Shown here: positions 39,373 to 52,300 of the stretch, piece by piece
How the letters are laid out: each line of letters starts with the position of its first letter
How positions within the stretch are numbered: position 1 is the stretch's first letter
Origin: Mobula hypostoma
Taxonomy: Eukaryota
NCBI RefSeq assembly: GCF_963921235.1
Contig: NC_086097.1
Span: forward strand, 36,830,001-36,894,000
Direction: 5' to 3'
Length of the DNA stretch: 64,000 nucleotides
Translations under genes and position numbers: made by a program
The notes under the pieces: model-generated
What the model was told of the DNA's origin: nothing
What the model saw: the letters and a program-made list of their open reading frames with translations, nothing else
The model's database searches: none

Positions 39373-39973
39373 GGGAGGAGGAGAAGATGGCGGCGTGACG
39401 CAGCGCGCGGTCTCTCCGGCGAATGATATCTGTATTTGTCAAGTAGGATACCGTGCACAATCCTGATTTGATGGACATAGACATGAGAAGCACGGAGTAA
39501 CATCTGGAGAAACTTCTGAAATGCCCGCTTCGCTGCCGATGCTACTGTGCGATCGAGAATCTCCGGAGGGGGAGGCCCCGAATCCTCGGCTTTGCCTGGT
39601 GCTTGGCGGCCGGGGCCGGGGTCGAAGCGCTCGGCAGAGATGGTGCTCGGTGCTCGGTGTCGGAGGGCTGGTCGGAGGCTCGAAGTTTTTGGATGGACTC
39701 AAGAGTCGGCTGTGGTTGGGTGCTTCCAGGGTGCTGAATCGCCAGGTTTGCGGCGCTGAAGGTTCATGGCAGGGAGAGTTTTGCTGCCAAATTACAGTAT
39801 TGCTTTGCACTGTTGTAACTATATGTTATAATTATGTGGTTTTTGTCAGTTTTTTAGTCTTGGTCTGTCTTGTGTTTCTGTGATATTATACTGGAGGAAC
39901 ATTGTATCATTTCTTAATGCATGCATTACTAAATGACAATAAATGAGGACTGCGTGTCCTCATAATCTAATCT
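39373..39973 (+). mobile_element. CpG-rich non-autonomous retroposon with Rex-type ends
   Basis: TSD aaccta (39367-39372/39974-39979); 5' AAGATGGCGG; 3' aaatgacaataaa...(aatct)n tail. Confidence 0.75.
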
Positions 39974-41671
39974 AACCTATACTGTACTTGCTTTGTACCT
40001 CCTTTTTCTTAACTAGGGCCTCAATATCTCTCAAAAACCAAAATTCCTTAAACCTGTTATCCTTGCCTTTTACTCTGATGTGAACACACAAACTCTGTCC
40101 TCTTAACATTTCTCTTTTGAAGGCCTCCCATTTACCTTGTACACCATTGCCAGAGAACAAACTCCGAATCCACACTTGCCAGATCATCTTTGATACCAAC
40201 AGAATCGCCCTTTCTCCAATTTAGAATCTCAACCCAATAACCCAAGAACCAGACTTATCTTCTTTGCAGATTTACTTTGAAACTAATGGCACTATATTCA
40301 CTGGATGCAAAGTGTTCCCTTACACGATCTTTTGTCACCTGCCCTGTATCATTCCCTAATAGAAAATCATGTATCACATAATCTCTAGATGGGATATCTA
40401 TGTACTGATTAAGGAAACTTTCCTGAACGTATCTGACAATTTTTTTCCCATCTGGCCCTTTTATAGTATAGGAGACCCAGTCAATATGTTGAAAGTTAAA
40501 ATAACCTGCTATCACAACCTGATATTCCTTGCAATCTCTCTACAAATTTGCACCTCTAAACCAAGCAGACTGTTGGGTGTCTACAATATAACCCATTTAA
40601 TGTGGCCATGCAGTCCAGGTGCAAACAATCCCTCTGTACAGGTCCCACCTTTCATGGAAGAGAGCCCAATGATTAAAAATCTGAAGCCCTTCCTCCTAAA
40701 AACCAGCTCCTTAGCCACGTGTTAGATGGTATGTTCTTCCTGTTTTTGACCTCACTAGCACATAGCAGAGGCAGCAATCCTGAGATCACAACCCTGGGAG
40801 TCCTGTCCTTTAACTTAGCACCTAATTCTCTGAACTCTCTTTGCAGGACTTCTCCGAGCCATGTCATTGGTACCAATGTGGACCACACCCTTTGGCTGCT
40901 CAACCTCCCACTTAAAAATGCTGTGGACTCAATCTGTGATGTCTCTGATCCTGGCACCCGGGAGGCAACAAACCGTCTGGGAATCTCATTTTCATCCACC
41001 AACGAATCCCCTATCACCGCAGATTGCTTCTTCTCCCCCTTCCCTTCTGAGCCACAGAGCCAGACTCAGTGCCAGAGACATGGCCACCATGGCTTTCCTC
41101 TGCTAGGTCACCCTCACAGCTGTACCCAGAGCAGTATACCTGTTGGAAAGGTGACCGGCCACAGGGGCACTATGCACTGGCTGACTATCCCCTTTCTGCC
41201 ACCTTGCGGTCACCTGCGTCCTGCCCTTCGGGTGTAACTACTTCCCTGTATGTCCTGTCTATCAACCCGTTAGCTTCTCAAATAATCCATCAAGTTCCTG
41301 TTCCGGCTCCTTAACACACTCTATCAGAAACTGCAGCAAGAGGCACGTCTTGCAGGGTAGTTGTCAGGGACACTGGATGTCTCCCTGCCTTCCCAGGTTC
41401 AACAAGAGGGGCATCCCACTATCCTGCCTGGCATCTCTACTGTCCTACATGTGCAGTGGTAAGAAAGAGAGGATAAATAATGAAAGAAATCCTGGAATTT
41501 GTTTGTTGGTAGACAAGAAAAGCAAGAGATCGTTGAACACAAACTCTTCTCTTCAAGAATAAATGGAAAAAAAGATCCAATGAGAGTAAAGAGAATGGTC
41601 AAAAAGAGCAAAATTAAATAAAGTGCTGTAATTCAAAGTGACAAGAATACTTGGGCAAAATGGGGAAACTA

Positions 41672-41820
41672 GCTCTTCTTTCAGTTAGTCCTGACGAAGG
41701 GTCCCGGCCCAAAACGTCAACTGTACCTCTTCCTAGAGATGCTGCCTGGCCTGTTGCGTTCACCAGCAACTTTTATGTGTGTTGCCTGAAATTCCAGCAT
41801 CTGCAGATTTCCCCGTGTTT
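41672..41820 (+). mobile_element. Penelope-derived short element with minimal hammerhead (41687-41722)
   Basis: AGTC-CTGACGA-AGGGTCCCGGCCC-AAAA-CG-TC-AACT followed by the common terminus ...ccagcatctgcagatt. Confidence 0.75.
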
Positions 41821-44800
41821 GTGATATGTATTCTCCTCTGTTTTACTCACCTTCTGTACTAAAGGTACTAAGTCATGATAAAGCAATGATTATGTGGCCT
41901 GCAGTGCTCCTTCTGTGTCTGTCCCACATGGATATTGCTCATGATGATGAGCTACTGCAAACTATTTTTCCATGTAGTCCATCCTTATCAGGTTCAGATT
42001 TGTTCTTAGTGAATGCAAAACTCAGTATCTCACATACAGCAGATACTCTTTCCCTTTCCACTATTTTCATATCATGGCTTGTCCATAGATCAGCCATGAC
42101 TACGAACGTCATAAAAAACTGCAAATACTGGATTTCTGAAATAAAACGGGAGATTTTGGAGATATGCCGCAAGTCAGGCGGCATATGCAGAAAGAGTCAA
42201 ATAGAATTAGAATTTCAGGTCACTGACCCTCCATCAGAACTCTGAAATGTTCATGTTCTGTTAATTTTCTGTTTATCTTTCACCACGGATGCTGCATGAC
42301 CTGCTGAAAATCGCTAGCAATTTCTGCTTATAATTTTAACCATGAATCCTAGGTAGGAAAGCTGTTTTCACTTAATGTAGCTCCTTTTTCCTGCCATCTC
42401 TTTTATGGCACAGCCTAAAGTCTCTCAAGAGACTAGGAACTCAACACGTGGGGAAGTGTGGGAACAAAACCCATCCCATCAACTTGTGTATCCTTAGCAT
42501 TTTGCTGTATCAATGAGCTGCATCACTGGGACACATAAAGTTAAATTTTCACATCCAAAAGCTATAAATGTATAAATGACAGCACAGAAATGTTAAGCCT
42601 GTATGTCTTTCATTCTCCCAAAGGAACAGCTTGTGATTTTTTTTAAAAAATGCTGTTGATTGCACATATATCATTGGAGAATAATCTTGGAGATTTCCAC
42701 AGCAGAAAGACAGTGATCCAATATTTTCTGTACTGTATTCCAAAAGTACATTTCAATTTGAATAACACATTTAACAATGGGAATCTTCTGGTATATTGGA
42801 TCATTACCGAAGCAGTATGAAGTAACAATACTATTCTGTAGTTTTGTTTTATATTTACATCATAATTTTGAGATTTTCCAGCAATATTAGGTGGGGCAGA
42901 CTTGATGGATCAACAGCATTTTATTTTTATCTAACGTTTTCATTTGTTTCATCTCCTTTAGACAAATGATTTACATTTATAACTCCATTTATAACACTCC
43001 AGTTGTGTATTTATTAATCCCACCATCAACACTGATATTTTCTACATCATATTGATTAATTATGTTCCTACATATCCATAAGAGGACTATGTTCTCCTTT
43101 GCTGTTACTTTTAACTGTAGCAGCATTTCAAATTAGCTATAGCAGGATCCAGATGCAGTTTACAAAATCCCATACTCTACCCTGAGGATATATCTTAATG
43201 CCAACCATAGATGACTAATCGTCACTTTGCAGACACAATTGTTTTCCATTTCCTATAGCACCGATATCAGTGCCTCTTTGTGTGCGACTGCCAAATTTAA
43301 TTCCAAATTATAAGCAATTTTATGTTCTTAATTCCTGCATGCTGGAATGTGATTAGCACAACTTAAAGTCCATTTAAAAATGGCCCCATTAACAGCTTGT
43401 AGCAAGACAACAATTTGCTAGTCTGAGCAAAATTCAAAGTTATGTTAAAGTGAAACCTGCTCACTGCATTCTGCAGCTGTTTATTATCCACAAACACATT
43501 GAAAATTTCTTATGCATTGCATGATAGAAAGATGCAAGTCCACATTGTGGAACCCTTTCAAATTTCCTGGCACAGTAATGCAGGAAGTGCATTCAAGTAA
43601 AGGTTGGATTGGAATTTTTTTTCTTGGATCAAACTTCCCATTTGACATGTTTTCCAGCTTTCTCTTTCACATTATGACTGACCCGCTTTAGATTTCCAAC
43701 AGTTCTGAGGATTTTTATACAAATATGTATAGCAGATTTTTTTTTAACTTTTTTAAATTTACTTTTCAAGTAAGTCATTTTCAATGCAGTGCTTCTTACA
43801 AGTTGAACAGTATTAGTATCTCCGATCCAGTTCATAAGCAGAAAAAAATGAACAAATCTAGAATGGTAAGAAGTTCAGGACAAAGAATTATTGTTTTGTG
43901 GCAGGAAATTTGTTTTTATTTAACCAGTAGTTTTTAATTGGTATTTTAAATTTAACTTCAAGGATAAATTTAAAATAAACAGATTTTTTTCTATGTGTAA
44001 ATTTTACGGCAAAATTGTTCTCCTGTTGGCCGAGAATCAAAAAATGCAAGACACAGACATTTAATGACCACAGCAGAAATGAACTAAAACAAAAAAGCAC
44101 TTCAATAACTATAACATTTCATGGTTGCCTACAGAGAGTAATTTTCCATCAAAGGTAGGCTGTACATTTAAAAGTAAATCTTAGAAGCATGTAATAGCAT
44201 TTTTATAATGTGTACGGTTCTGCATTTGCAAGCAGCAGCTCATAAAAATTCTTGAGAAAATTTATTGCGATTAACTCAACTTTTTCCTTCAGAAAACAGG
44301 AGGTTTAAAGCTGGCACTCAACGAGTCTCAGCTTTTTGCAGTGTAGTTTTCTAAAAACTGAGCTGGCTTAGTCATAAAGTCACCTTTTCATCCGAACTAA
44401 CTCAAACCAGATGCTTAGGCTCCACGAGGACCAAAGTCACCTCAGACATCCCGTCAGAATGCATCCCCTCCCCACCCCCACTTCCTTGTCTTCTTTCCCT
44501 TCTCATTAATTTGATTCTTTTTTCCCTAAAGGCTGCAATGTTTATATTTTAACTTTACAATATTTTACACTGCAGAAGTGCTAATTAAGAAACAAATTTC
44601 TACTGAGTAATCAGTTTAACTCTTTAAAAGATGCTTTTTGGGAAACATGGCTTTTTTTTTATTGCAGCTCAGCCAAGACTATTGCTTGAAACATGTCAGT
44701 AAAGCTCCTGGAGATGAGAACTTCTGTAATATTAAAAACAAAAACACTCAGCAAGTCAGGCAGCATCTGTGAAAAGAGAAAGGGTTTAATTTTCAGGTCA

Positions 44801-47259
44801 AGTACCCTTCAATGGACTGGAAGAGAAAACAAGTTAAAATCGAGCTGCTGGAAGATTGAGGAAGGGGTAGAGAGATCATGCCTACTCTCTGCTCAATAAT
44901 GAAATTTATAATTGCAGGTAACTCACTTCTCTGTCAGTACCACAATAGACCAGACCATCCACCTTTGCACTGGCACACCCTGGCTACCTACAAATTTCCT
45001 ACAGTGCTACATTTTGAAAATGTTACATTCATCCGTTTGCATTCTCTCTCTAACTGTTCTTAGTTCTCATAGTTAATGAACAAAGGGTCATATTCTCTCT
45101 TCCCACATGCTCCCATTAACCCATTGACCAGATGACCCCATTTACAGCTTGTCTTCAAGCTAGCCCTACCTCACCCTAAAAATGATATTTCCTATGTCCT
45201 ATCTACCCCCTCGCACCCCCAGGTAGCTCAATACTAAATTCTTTTATTTCCCTCTTTCCCAATTATGGCACAGATCTTTGACTAGACATTTTAATTCTCA
45301 TCTCCTTCCACAGATGCTGCCTGACCTGCCAAATGCTCCCAGGAGTTTCCACATTTTTTGCAGCTTCCAAAATGAGTGTAGTTTTTTTGTGATTTTTACT
45401 TACTGTAGAGAACTCCTGCAGTCTTTCTGAACAGCAGGGGCTATATCTTAGGAGTTCACTACACATTCCTAATGAAGCTTACAGGCAAAGCAAAATCAAA
45501 GGTGATTGAGAAATGAGATTAGTGACAACACCGACACCTTTACAAATTACTAGTTACTTTATTGACCTATTTTACAGCACTGTACATAAAAATTAAATGC
45601 AACTCTAAAGTAAATATGTCAGCTTGCATTTATTTTTCCCCAGTCACTGGTAATTGAAATGTTATTGTATTATTCTATTCCCAAATTCTCACGTCAACTG
45701 AAGTACATGCAAATTACTTGAGCACACTGCAAAAGAAGCAGGCCTCCCGAAATAGTTGGTCCAATTTATGTTCATCTAGGTTAAATATTACAAAAGCAAA
45801 ATTAATATATAGTTGCTTACATCAATCTGTTCTAGACTTTTCAGCAGGTGACAGTGAATCTATCAGTGTCTATAACTCCTGCACATGCTGACAAATTTTA
45901 GCTCCAGATTAAACAACGACTTTTATAATTTCTCCATAGTACTGCCCTTTTGATCTTTTTATCATTCCCATATGATAATCTATTTTCAATGAGTTACTGA
46001 AAACTTCTACTCTGAAACTCTATATACTATTGAGGCCTATACTCTTGAGACACTATATTCAACCTTTCTACCTCCAGGAAAGTTCTTTAAAACCTACGTC
46101 TTTGGCTGATGTTTTGGACATCTTTCCTTATGTCATAAAGTTATTAAATATAAAGTATAATAAAGTATAAAGTTTGTTCATTACTTGCCTTAGCAATAAT
46201 TGTTATATGACTCTGTAATGCACCTTGGATTGTTCTTATATAATAACAATGCTAAATTAAATAAGTGGAAGTTGTTTTCATTCAGATGGATGGGGAAGGG
46301 TATTTGAAATTGTTCAGCGTGTACTAGAAGGGCCGAAGGGCCTGTTTCTGTGCTGTTACGATTCTATGACTCTATGACTATGGCTATATAATCTGGACAT
46401 TGACAATTTGTCATCCATGGAGTTACACACTGTCCTAAGCAATCTGTTCTCCCAGAAACCACCAAAACAATATCCTTTCAAAAGACTTGGCATGATAACA
46501 GATGTAATGCTGGAAGTTTGAGCACCTATTCAAAAGACTGAAATACTTCCAATGAAATGCAATTTAATTTGCAATGCCATGTCAAATCATAATTATTGCC
46601 AGGCATACTCCCTGAAAATATATTTCACAAGTTTTTCATTCTCTCAGCTTTTAATTACTATTATTGCTCTTTTAGAATAAACAAGTGTTTCCGGAAAAGA
46701 GAATGGCCTGTCTTTACCATCTATTGCCTAACAACTTGAGCATCTTTCCCTCCCGGCACTTTCTTATTCTTGTTTTCTCCCCCCGTTTCCAGTCTTGGCT
46801 CAAAACGTTGACTGTTTATTCCTCTCCACAGTTAGTGTTGGCACGTGGCCAAGTGGTTAAGGTGCTGGTCTAGTGATCTGAAGGTTGCTAGTTCATTTTA
46901 TTTCACACCCATTCCTCCAGGTTTTAATTACTGTTGTTATTTTGGATTGAACAAGCTTTTTGTCCAGACATCAGAATGGCCTGCTTTAAATTTAGGCTGC
47001 TTCCAAACGGACTGATGTGATGTATTCCAGGTCAGTAAGTGGATTAAACGGAAAACAAAATTGCAAAGAATCTGACCATGATTGTTCAAACTCCTAGAGA
47101 TCCAGGCATGATGGCTGAGGAGTGAAACCTTACAAATGTTGCACCTTTATTCAGAAGTGGTGGAGGGCTGTGCCCAGAAATTCCAATTTAACCTCTTTGG
47201 TTGGTAATAAATAATGAAGGATATAATTAGCAATCAATTGCTTGAGTGTGGAAAGAATG

Positions 47260-47881
47260 AATTCAGATTAAGATTTCTTTATCACATGCACATTGCAAAT
47301 ATACTGAAATATGTCATTTGCGTTAACAACAAGGATGAAACTGTGGGCAGCCGCAAGTGTCACTACACATTCTGGCACCAGCACAGCAGAACAGAACAAG
47401 CAGCAAGGACCTCTGACTTGGGACTCACAGACATGGGGATCACTGGTCTCTCGATCCGACCTCCTGCATCGCTGACCTTCGACCATGGAGCACTCTGACC
47501 TCAAATTCCAGACTCGTGCTTACTTCCAATACTTAGTATACTTGCATACAGTATACCCAGTAGACCTTGTGTCCCCCACCCTCACCAGCCTCCTACTTGG
47601 AACTTGCTGATCTGGGGAACTTGGTTTCCTCAATATTCGTCTTCTCAACACCTGCCAACCGGACGTCCAGGATCGCTGACCTTCAACCGTGGAGTGCCGC
47701 GACATGGACTACTGACGCTGGCTCCTGCTTCTATTTATTCTCCCTCTTCCCTGTCGCTAAACCCTAAACTGACCCCCTAACTCTTTCTGTTCTTCCCAAA
47801 ACCATCCCCACGAACAAAAAAATCTAAAACTGAACTGCAGCAACAGTGGATGTCACAGTTCAATGCCATCTGGACCAGAAG
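47260..47881 (-). mobile_element. Non-autonomous retroposon with Rex-type ends
   Basis: Minus 5' end cttctggtccagatggc; 3' end gtgataaagaaatcttaatctgaa. Confidence 0.55.
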
Positions 47882-47936
47882 ATGGAATTGTTAAAAGCAA
47901 CTAACTTGTTAAGTTTTTTGACAAATTAACTAACAG

Positions 47937-48305
47937 GGTGGCAGGATAGAGATACGCCTCTACTAACGGAGGTGTAAGCCACTGCTTCCCTCCACCAGCC
48001 TGCAGGTCACCCTTAGACAAGGTGTAGTACCTGCTTATCCCTCCCCGGTCAGAGTCATGTGAAGCCATGGGAGCCGGTGCTGGATGGTCGATGTGCAGCT
48101 GGTGCATATCACAAGTCCTGGTTATGCCCAGCAGACAGTCTCTGAAGAATATTGATAATGGTTGGAGTCACCCGTCGTGTAAAGACACTGCCCAGAAGAA
48201 AGCAACAGCAAACCACTTCTGTAGAAAAATTTGCCAAGAACCATCATGGTCAAGGGAAGACCATCATTGGCTACATCTTACGACACAGCACATAACGAAC
48301 AAACA
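47937..48305 (+). mobile_element. RTE-mobilised short element (family D)
   Basis: Reverse homolog of 37608-37987; gaagaaagcaacagcaaaccacttctg; (GAAC/AAAC)n tail. Confidence 0.75.
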
Positions 48306-48714
48306 AGCAGACTGGGTCAGCAAGGGAAATGCTGTTGCTGTGGTATCAATGGACTTCCAAAAGACATTTCAACAGGGGCCACAAAATAGATATGCCTTCA
48401 GAACTGGAACAAAAGGAGGTATAACAATATGAATGGAAAATTGTTAACTGGAAGCAAAGCAGTGGTGAAAGATTGCTTTTCAGACTGAAAGGAAGTGTAT
48501 TGTGGATTGTCTCAAAGGGGTTCTAAGACCACTATTTTCCATAATATATTTCTATACGTTAAGCTTGAATGTACAGAAGACAAATTCCAATTTGCAGATG
48601 ACACAATGAACTTTGGGGAAGAGTAATAGAATTTAATGAGTTATTGACAAGTGATGAAGTGGGCAGATGCTGAAAAATAAAATGTATTGCTGGCAAGTGT
48701 GAAGTCATAGAACA

Positions 48715-49015
48715 ATAGAGTCATACTCCATGGAATTTTGGCCCAAGTCCATACTGACCGTAAGGCACCCATTTACGTTAACCCTCATTAATCCCATCTT
48801 ATTCTCCTCATACTCAAACTCCGCTCCATTACCTTTGAATGTATATGAGCAGCAATTTATAGCAGCCAATCAATCCATTGACCCACACATCCTTGGGTTA
48901 TGGGAGGAAGCTCACAGGGAGAACATGTAATCTCCACCCAAATGGCACCAGAGATCAAAATTGAACCCAGGCTGCTCGAACTGTGACAGAACAGCTCGGC
49001 TGGCCGCACAACTCT
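48715..49015 (-). mobile_element. HE1-like V-SINE
   Basis: Minus strand B-box gggttcaattt, V-domain-like segment and CR1-type tail; parallels 12745-13070. Confidence 0.6.
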
Positions 49016-49709
49016 GTTCACCTGAAGTTGCACTTTTTATTAGGAATTATTAGCATAACGGAGAAGAGCAATAAAGCCAAAGAACACAATTCCGAAAGGA
49101 GTAATGGAACCAAGAGATCAGGGTTGCAGGTGCAAATTTTGAAATGATGTGGCAGATTGAGAAAGTAATTTTAAAACAGAGGAGATCATGAGATCTATAA
49201 AAAGGAGCACTGAGTCCAGGAGACAAGATTCAAAATAAACAATTCTAAAACACTGGCGTGACCACCAGTTCTGTGCGCTAAATTTTAGGAAAAGTGTTAG
49301 AGGGGCCACAAAAGACATTTACTAAGATGATTTGATGGAGGGCTTTACAGAAGTGAATAGACTGAAGAAGGTCAGGTTGATCTCCTCGGAACAGAAGAGG
49401 TGCAGGGGGATAAAGTTGGTTAAAATCACAAACAGCTAAAGGTAAACTATCCTCATTGAGAGAAAGATCAAAAACTTTGGGAGTGAGAATGAAGATTGTT
49501 GGCAAAAGAACCAATTTTTTTTTATATAGTAAAATGTTATTCTAGACAGAAAGTGGTAATGATCTGGAATGTGCTTCCAGTGATAGTTGTGCAGGCAGAT
49601 TTAATGGTTATATTCCAAAAGAGAGCTGGATATATACCAGAGAGGAACAAATGTTCATGGCCTTGGAGAGAGGGTGGGGAAATGGGACTAGCTGAATAAC
49701 TTTTACATA

Positions 49710-49935
49710 AGCAACACACAAGGCCCTACAGGAACTTAACAGATCATTCAGCATCTATGGAGGGAAATTGACGCTGAGGTTTTGTGTTGAGACCCTTCAC
49801 TTGGATCGAGTACCAATGAACGGTCTGATGTAAAACATCACCTGTCAAATTTCCCTCCATTGATGCTGCCTAACAAACCAAATTCCTCCTGTGTGTTGTG
49901 TGTTGCTCCAGTTCTCTGCATCTGCAGTCCCGCGT
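49710..49935. mobile_element. Penelope-derived fold-back element (older)
   Basis: Inverted arms agcaacacacaa...gcatctatggagggaaattgac / gtcaaatttccctccattgatgc...ttgtgtgttgct. Confidence 0.65.
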
Positions 49936-50226
49936 CTTTAACTTTTGCATAAAGTTGATACAGACTCGATACTGAATGAAATAGTTTCCTTCCATTCAAT
50001 AACCAGACTTTAAAAATGTTTTGATTATAACGGTGTATAAATGTTTAGATTCAAGGTGAATGTATTCACATTTTTGACACAAGTAAAGATTAACCCATCT
50101 TTATGGATAATTTACAAGTGTTGTAATTTTATGTAGGAAGAAATTTTCTGATTTATAATCTTGCAGTATTTAAAAATGATTTGCCCAGGGAATAGAATTG
50201 TGACCATGAATATCCAAGTACCATAC

Positions 50227-50642
50227 TTACTGCCACTGGCATTTAGGGGAAGCAATGAAGGTCCTCCATCTCTGGTGGTGTTCTGGGCTTCCTTTATCAT
50301 GTCAGTAGCTTCTTCTTGGTTTTCATTACAGTCAGACATGCGAGTCCTAGGTGGAGACTCAGGAATACCATCAAATTCAGATGTAGAAAGAATCTTCATT
50401 GCTGTTTCCGTAACGATTCTGTTTTACCGGTCAGGGTTGTCAGCCTTGAGCCGAATGCCCGAACCTCGAGGACCAGTGGACTTCCATTAGTCTAGCCTCT
50501 ACCCTTTGACCTATTTGGCATTGGTGACCCTACCAAGAGCCAAAGCATAAAGCCCTGACTCCAGCCAACATATGTAGCTCTCTGGGTCATTGAGGCATTT
50601 AAGTTTCCAAAACCTACGACAAGTTTGAGGTCCTCTTGGAGA
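50227..50642 (-). mobile_element. Bipartite RTE non-autonomous element (family E)
   Basis: Minus 5' end cttgtcgtagg...caatgacccagagagcta...ggtagggtcacc (RTE 5' UTR); 3' end encodes an AQN..RWRTFIA-like RTE C-terminus; probable 15-bp TSD 50212-50226/50643-50657 with 3 mismatches. Confidence 0.75.
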
Positions 50643-50884
50643 ATCCAGGTGCCGTACCCCTGGACAAGTTCAGATAAACCCACTTCGCACATTTTTTCCC
50701 CATATACCGTTTTGCCAGCTTAGCACTACAAAATCTGAGAGAAGTTAGAATAGTGGTCGATTGTACATTATGTATGAGATACAGAGAATAAAGTGTATGA
50801 ATAAATATATAGGAAAGCTATTTCAGTGTCTACTTTCAGTAGCTGATTTTGCCATTAGTCTTGTCACTTTAACAGTTTAATAAC

Positions 50885-51092
50885 AGATTCAACATTGCTA
50901 CAGATGGTTGTGAAGACCAGGTCATTGGTTGTATTTAAAGTGGGGATTGATCGGTTCTTGATGAGTCAGGGTGTCCAAGAATATGGGGAGAAGGCCAGAA
51001 AATGGTATTGCATAATAAATCAGCCATGATGGAAAGGCGGAGCAGACTCAATGGGCCGAATGGCCTAACTCTGCTCCTGTGTCTGATAGTCT
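50885..51092 (+). mobile_element. CR1 3' end
   Basis: gtatttaaagtggggattgatcggttcttg...gggccgaatggcctaactctgctcct. Confidence 0.85.
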
Positions 51093-51751
51093 TAAATGCA
51101 GAGGCTGCAGTCAATAATATCCTGCTGTTCACGGTAGTCTGGACTGATAGAATTGGCACAAAGACAGTCGTAATGAATGGAAGGTAATTAACCATCAGTC
51201 TTGCTCTAGGCAGACTTCCACAATTAAGATTACCAATTTTTAAATGGTATGATAATGGTACAATTCATTCTCATTCTCTTAAGATAACTAACACTGCACA
51301 TTTCTTATAAAATAAGAACCTTTTTAATACTTTGCTTTGTATCTTAATCCCATGTGTGCTACCTCAACAATGATCTGAATGTAGTTTTTTTTCTCTGTCT
51401 AAAGTTTCCTACTTTGCAAACTGGAGGGCTCAAAAAATGTCCTTCAATCAGCCTTCCTGCCACATACACGTCCTCTGTACGTGGTGTTGCACTGGTTCAG
51501 AACACAAAAAAAAATTGCTGGAGAAACTCAAGTCAAGCAGCATCTGTGGAGGCACGGGATGGCCGACATTTCGATGCAAGACCCTGCATCAGAAGTGAGT
51601 ATGTAAAGCCTGGTTGATAGTAAAATGCCACCATAAAGAGGACACCTCTTACTATTAATATACACTTAAAGAATATTTGTTCATTACTTCAATAGGATTA
51701 CAAAAGAAGCTTGCCCCTATTTATTTTTTAAAGTGTAGGCAAGCTTTGTAG

Positions 51752-52300
51752 CTCACACAAAATGCTGGAGGAACTTAGCAGGTCAGGCACCACCTATGGA
51801 GTCGATGGTTTGGACCGAGAGCCTTCGTCAGGACTGAAAAGGAAGGGGAAAGAAGCCCGGATGAAGGTGGGAGGAGGGAAGGAATAGAAGATAGCAAGTG
51901 ATGAGTGAAGCTAGGTGAGGGTGAAGGTTTATGGGTGGGGGAATGAAGTGAGAAGCTGCGAGATGATAGGTTGAAAAGTTATAGAGCTGAAGAAGAAGGA
52001 ATCTGATAGGATAGGAGAGTGGACCATGGGAGAAAGGGAAGTAGAAGGGACATTGGAGGGAGGTGATAGGCAAGAGTTAAGAAGAGGAGGGGGCGAAACG
52101 GGAGCCCGAATGGAAGATGAAAAAAGAGAGCAAGTGGGTGGGTAGAAATGATCAGAAATTAGAGAAACTGATGTTCATGCCATCTGGTTGAAGGCTACCA
52201 GGACAGAAATTGAGGTATTGCTCCTTCATCCTGAGAGTGGCCTCATCATGACAGTAGAGGAGACCATGGACCAACATGTCGGAACGGGAATAAGGAGTGG
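51752..52300 (-). mobile_element. Penelope-like element 3' region (GIY-YIG C-terminus, terminus with hammerhead 51800-51835)
   Basis: ORF 52152..52373 ends VHGLLYCHDEATLRMKEQYLNFCPGSLQPDGMNISFSNF; downstream AGTC-CTGACGA...CATC-GACT motif. Confidence 0.8.

Larger units (their letters stand above)
37495..41460 (-). mobile_element. Near-full-length decayed CR1 LINE (ORF1 esterase, ORF2 endonuclease + RT) with two nested insertions
   Basis: ORF1 IGDSLV...RVVISGLLP (40673-41017); endonuclease IAGYFNF.HIDW, FLNQYID.PSR, DFLLGND (40255-40515); RT SQHGFVRGK, NKLADDTKTGG (38293-38785); 3' tail near 37495. Confidence 0.9.
46960..49700 (+). mobile_element. Old CR1 LINE broken by at least three younger insertions
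   Basis: Degenerate CR1 RT pieces (AVAVVSMDFQKTF at about 48330; FADDT at about 48591; tail RQKVVMIWNVLP at about 49545). Confidence 0.65.

Noticed and set aside
47937..48030. HDV-like look of the family D head (GGGTGGC/GTCACCC pairing, GGGCAA in the other copy, small hairpin)
   Set aside because: No L3 with the CC needed for P1.1 and no convincing P2 could be assigned
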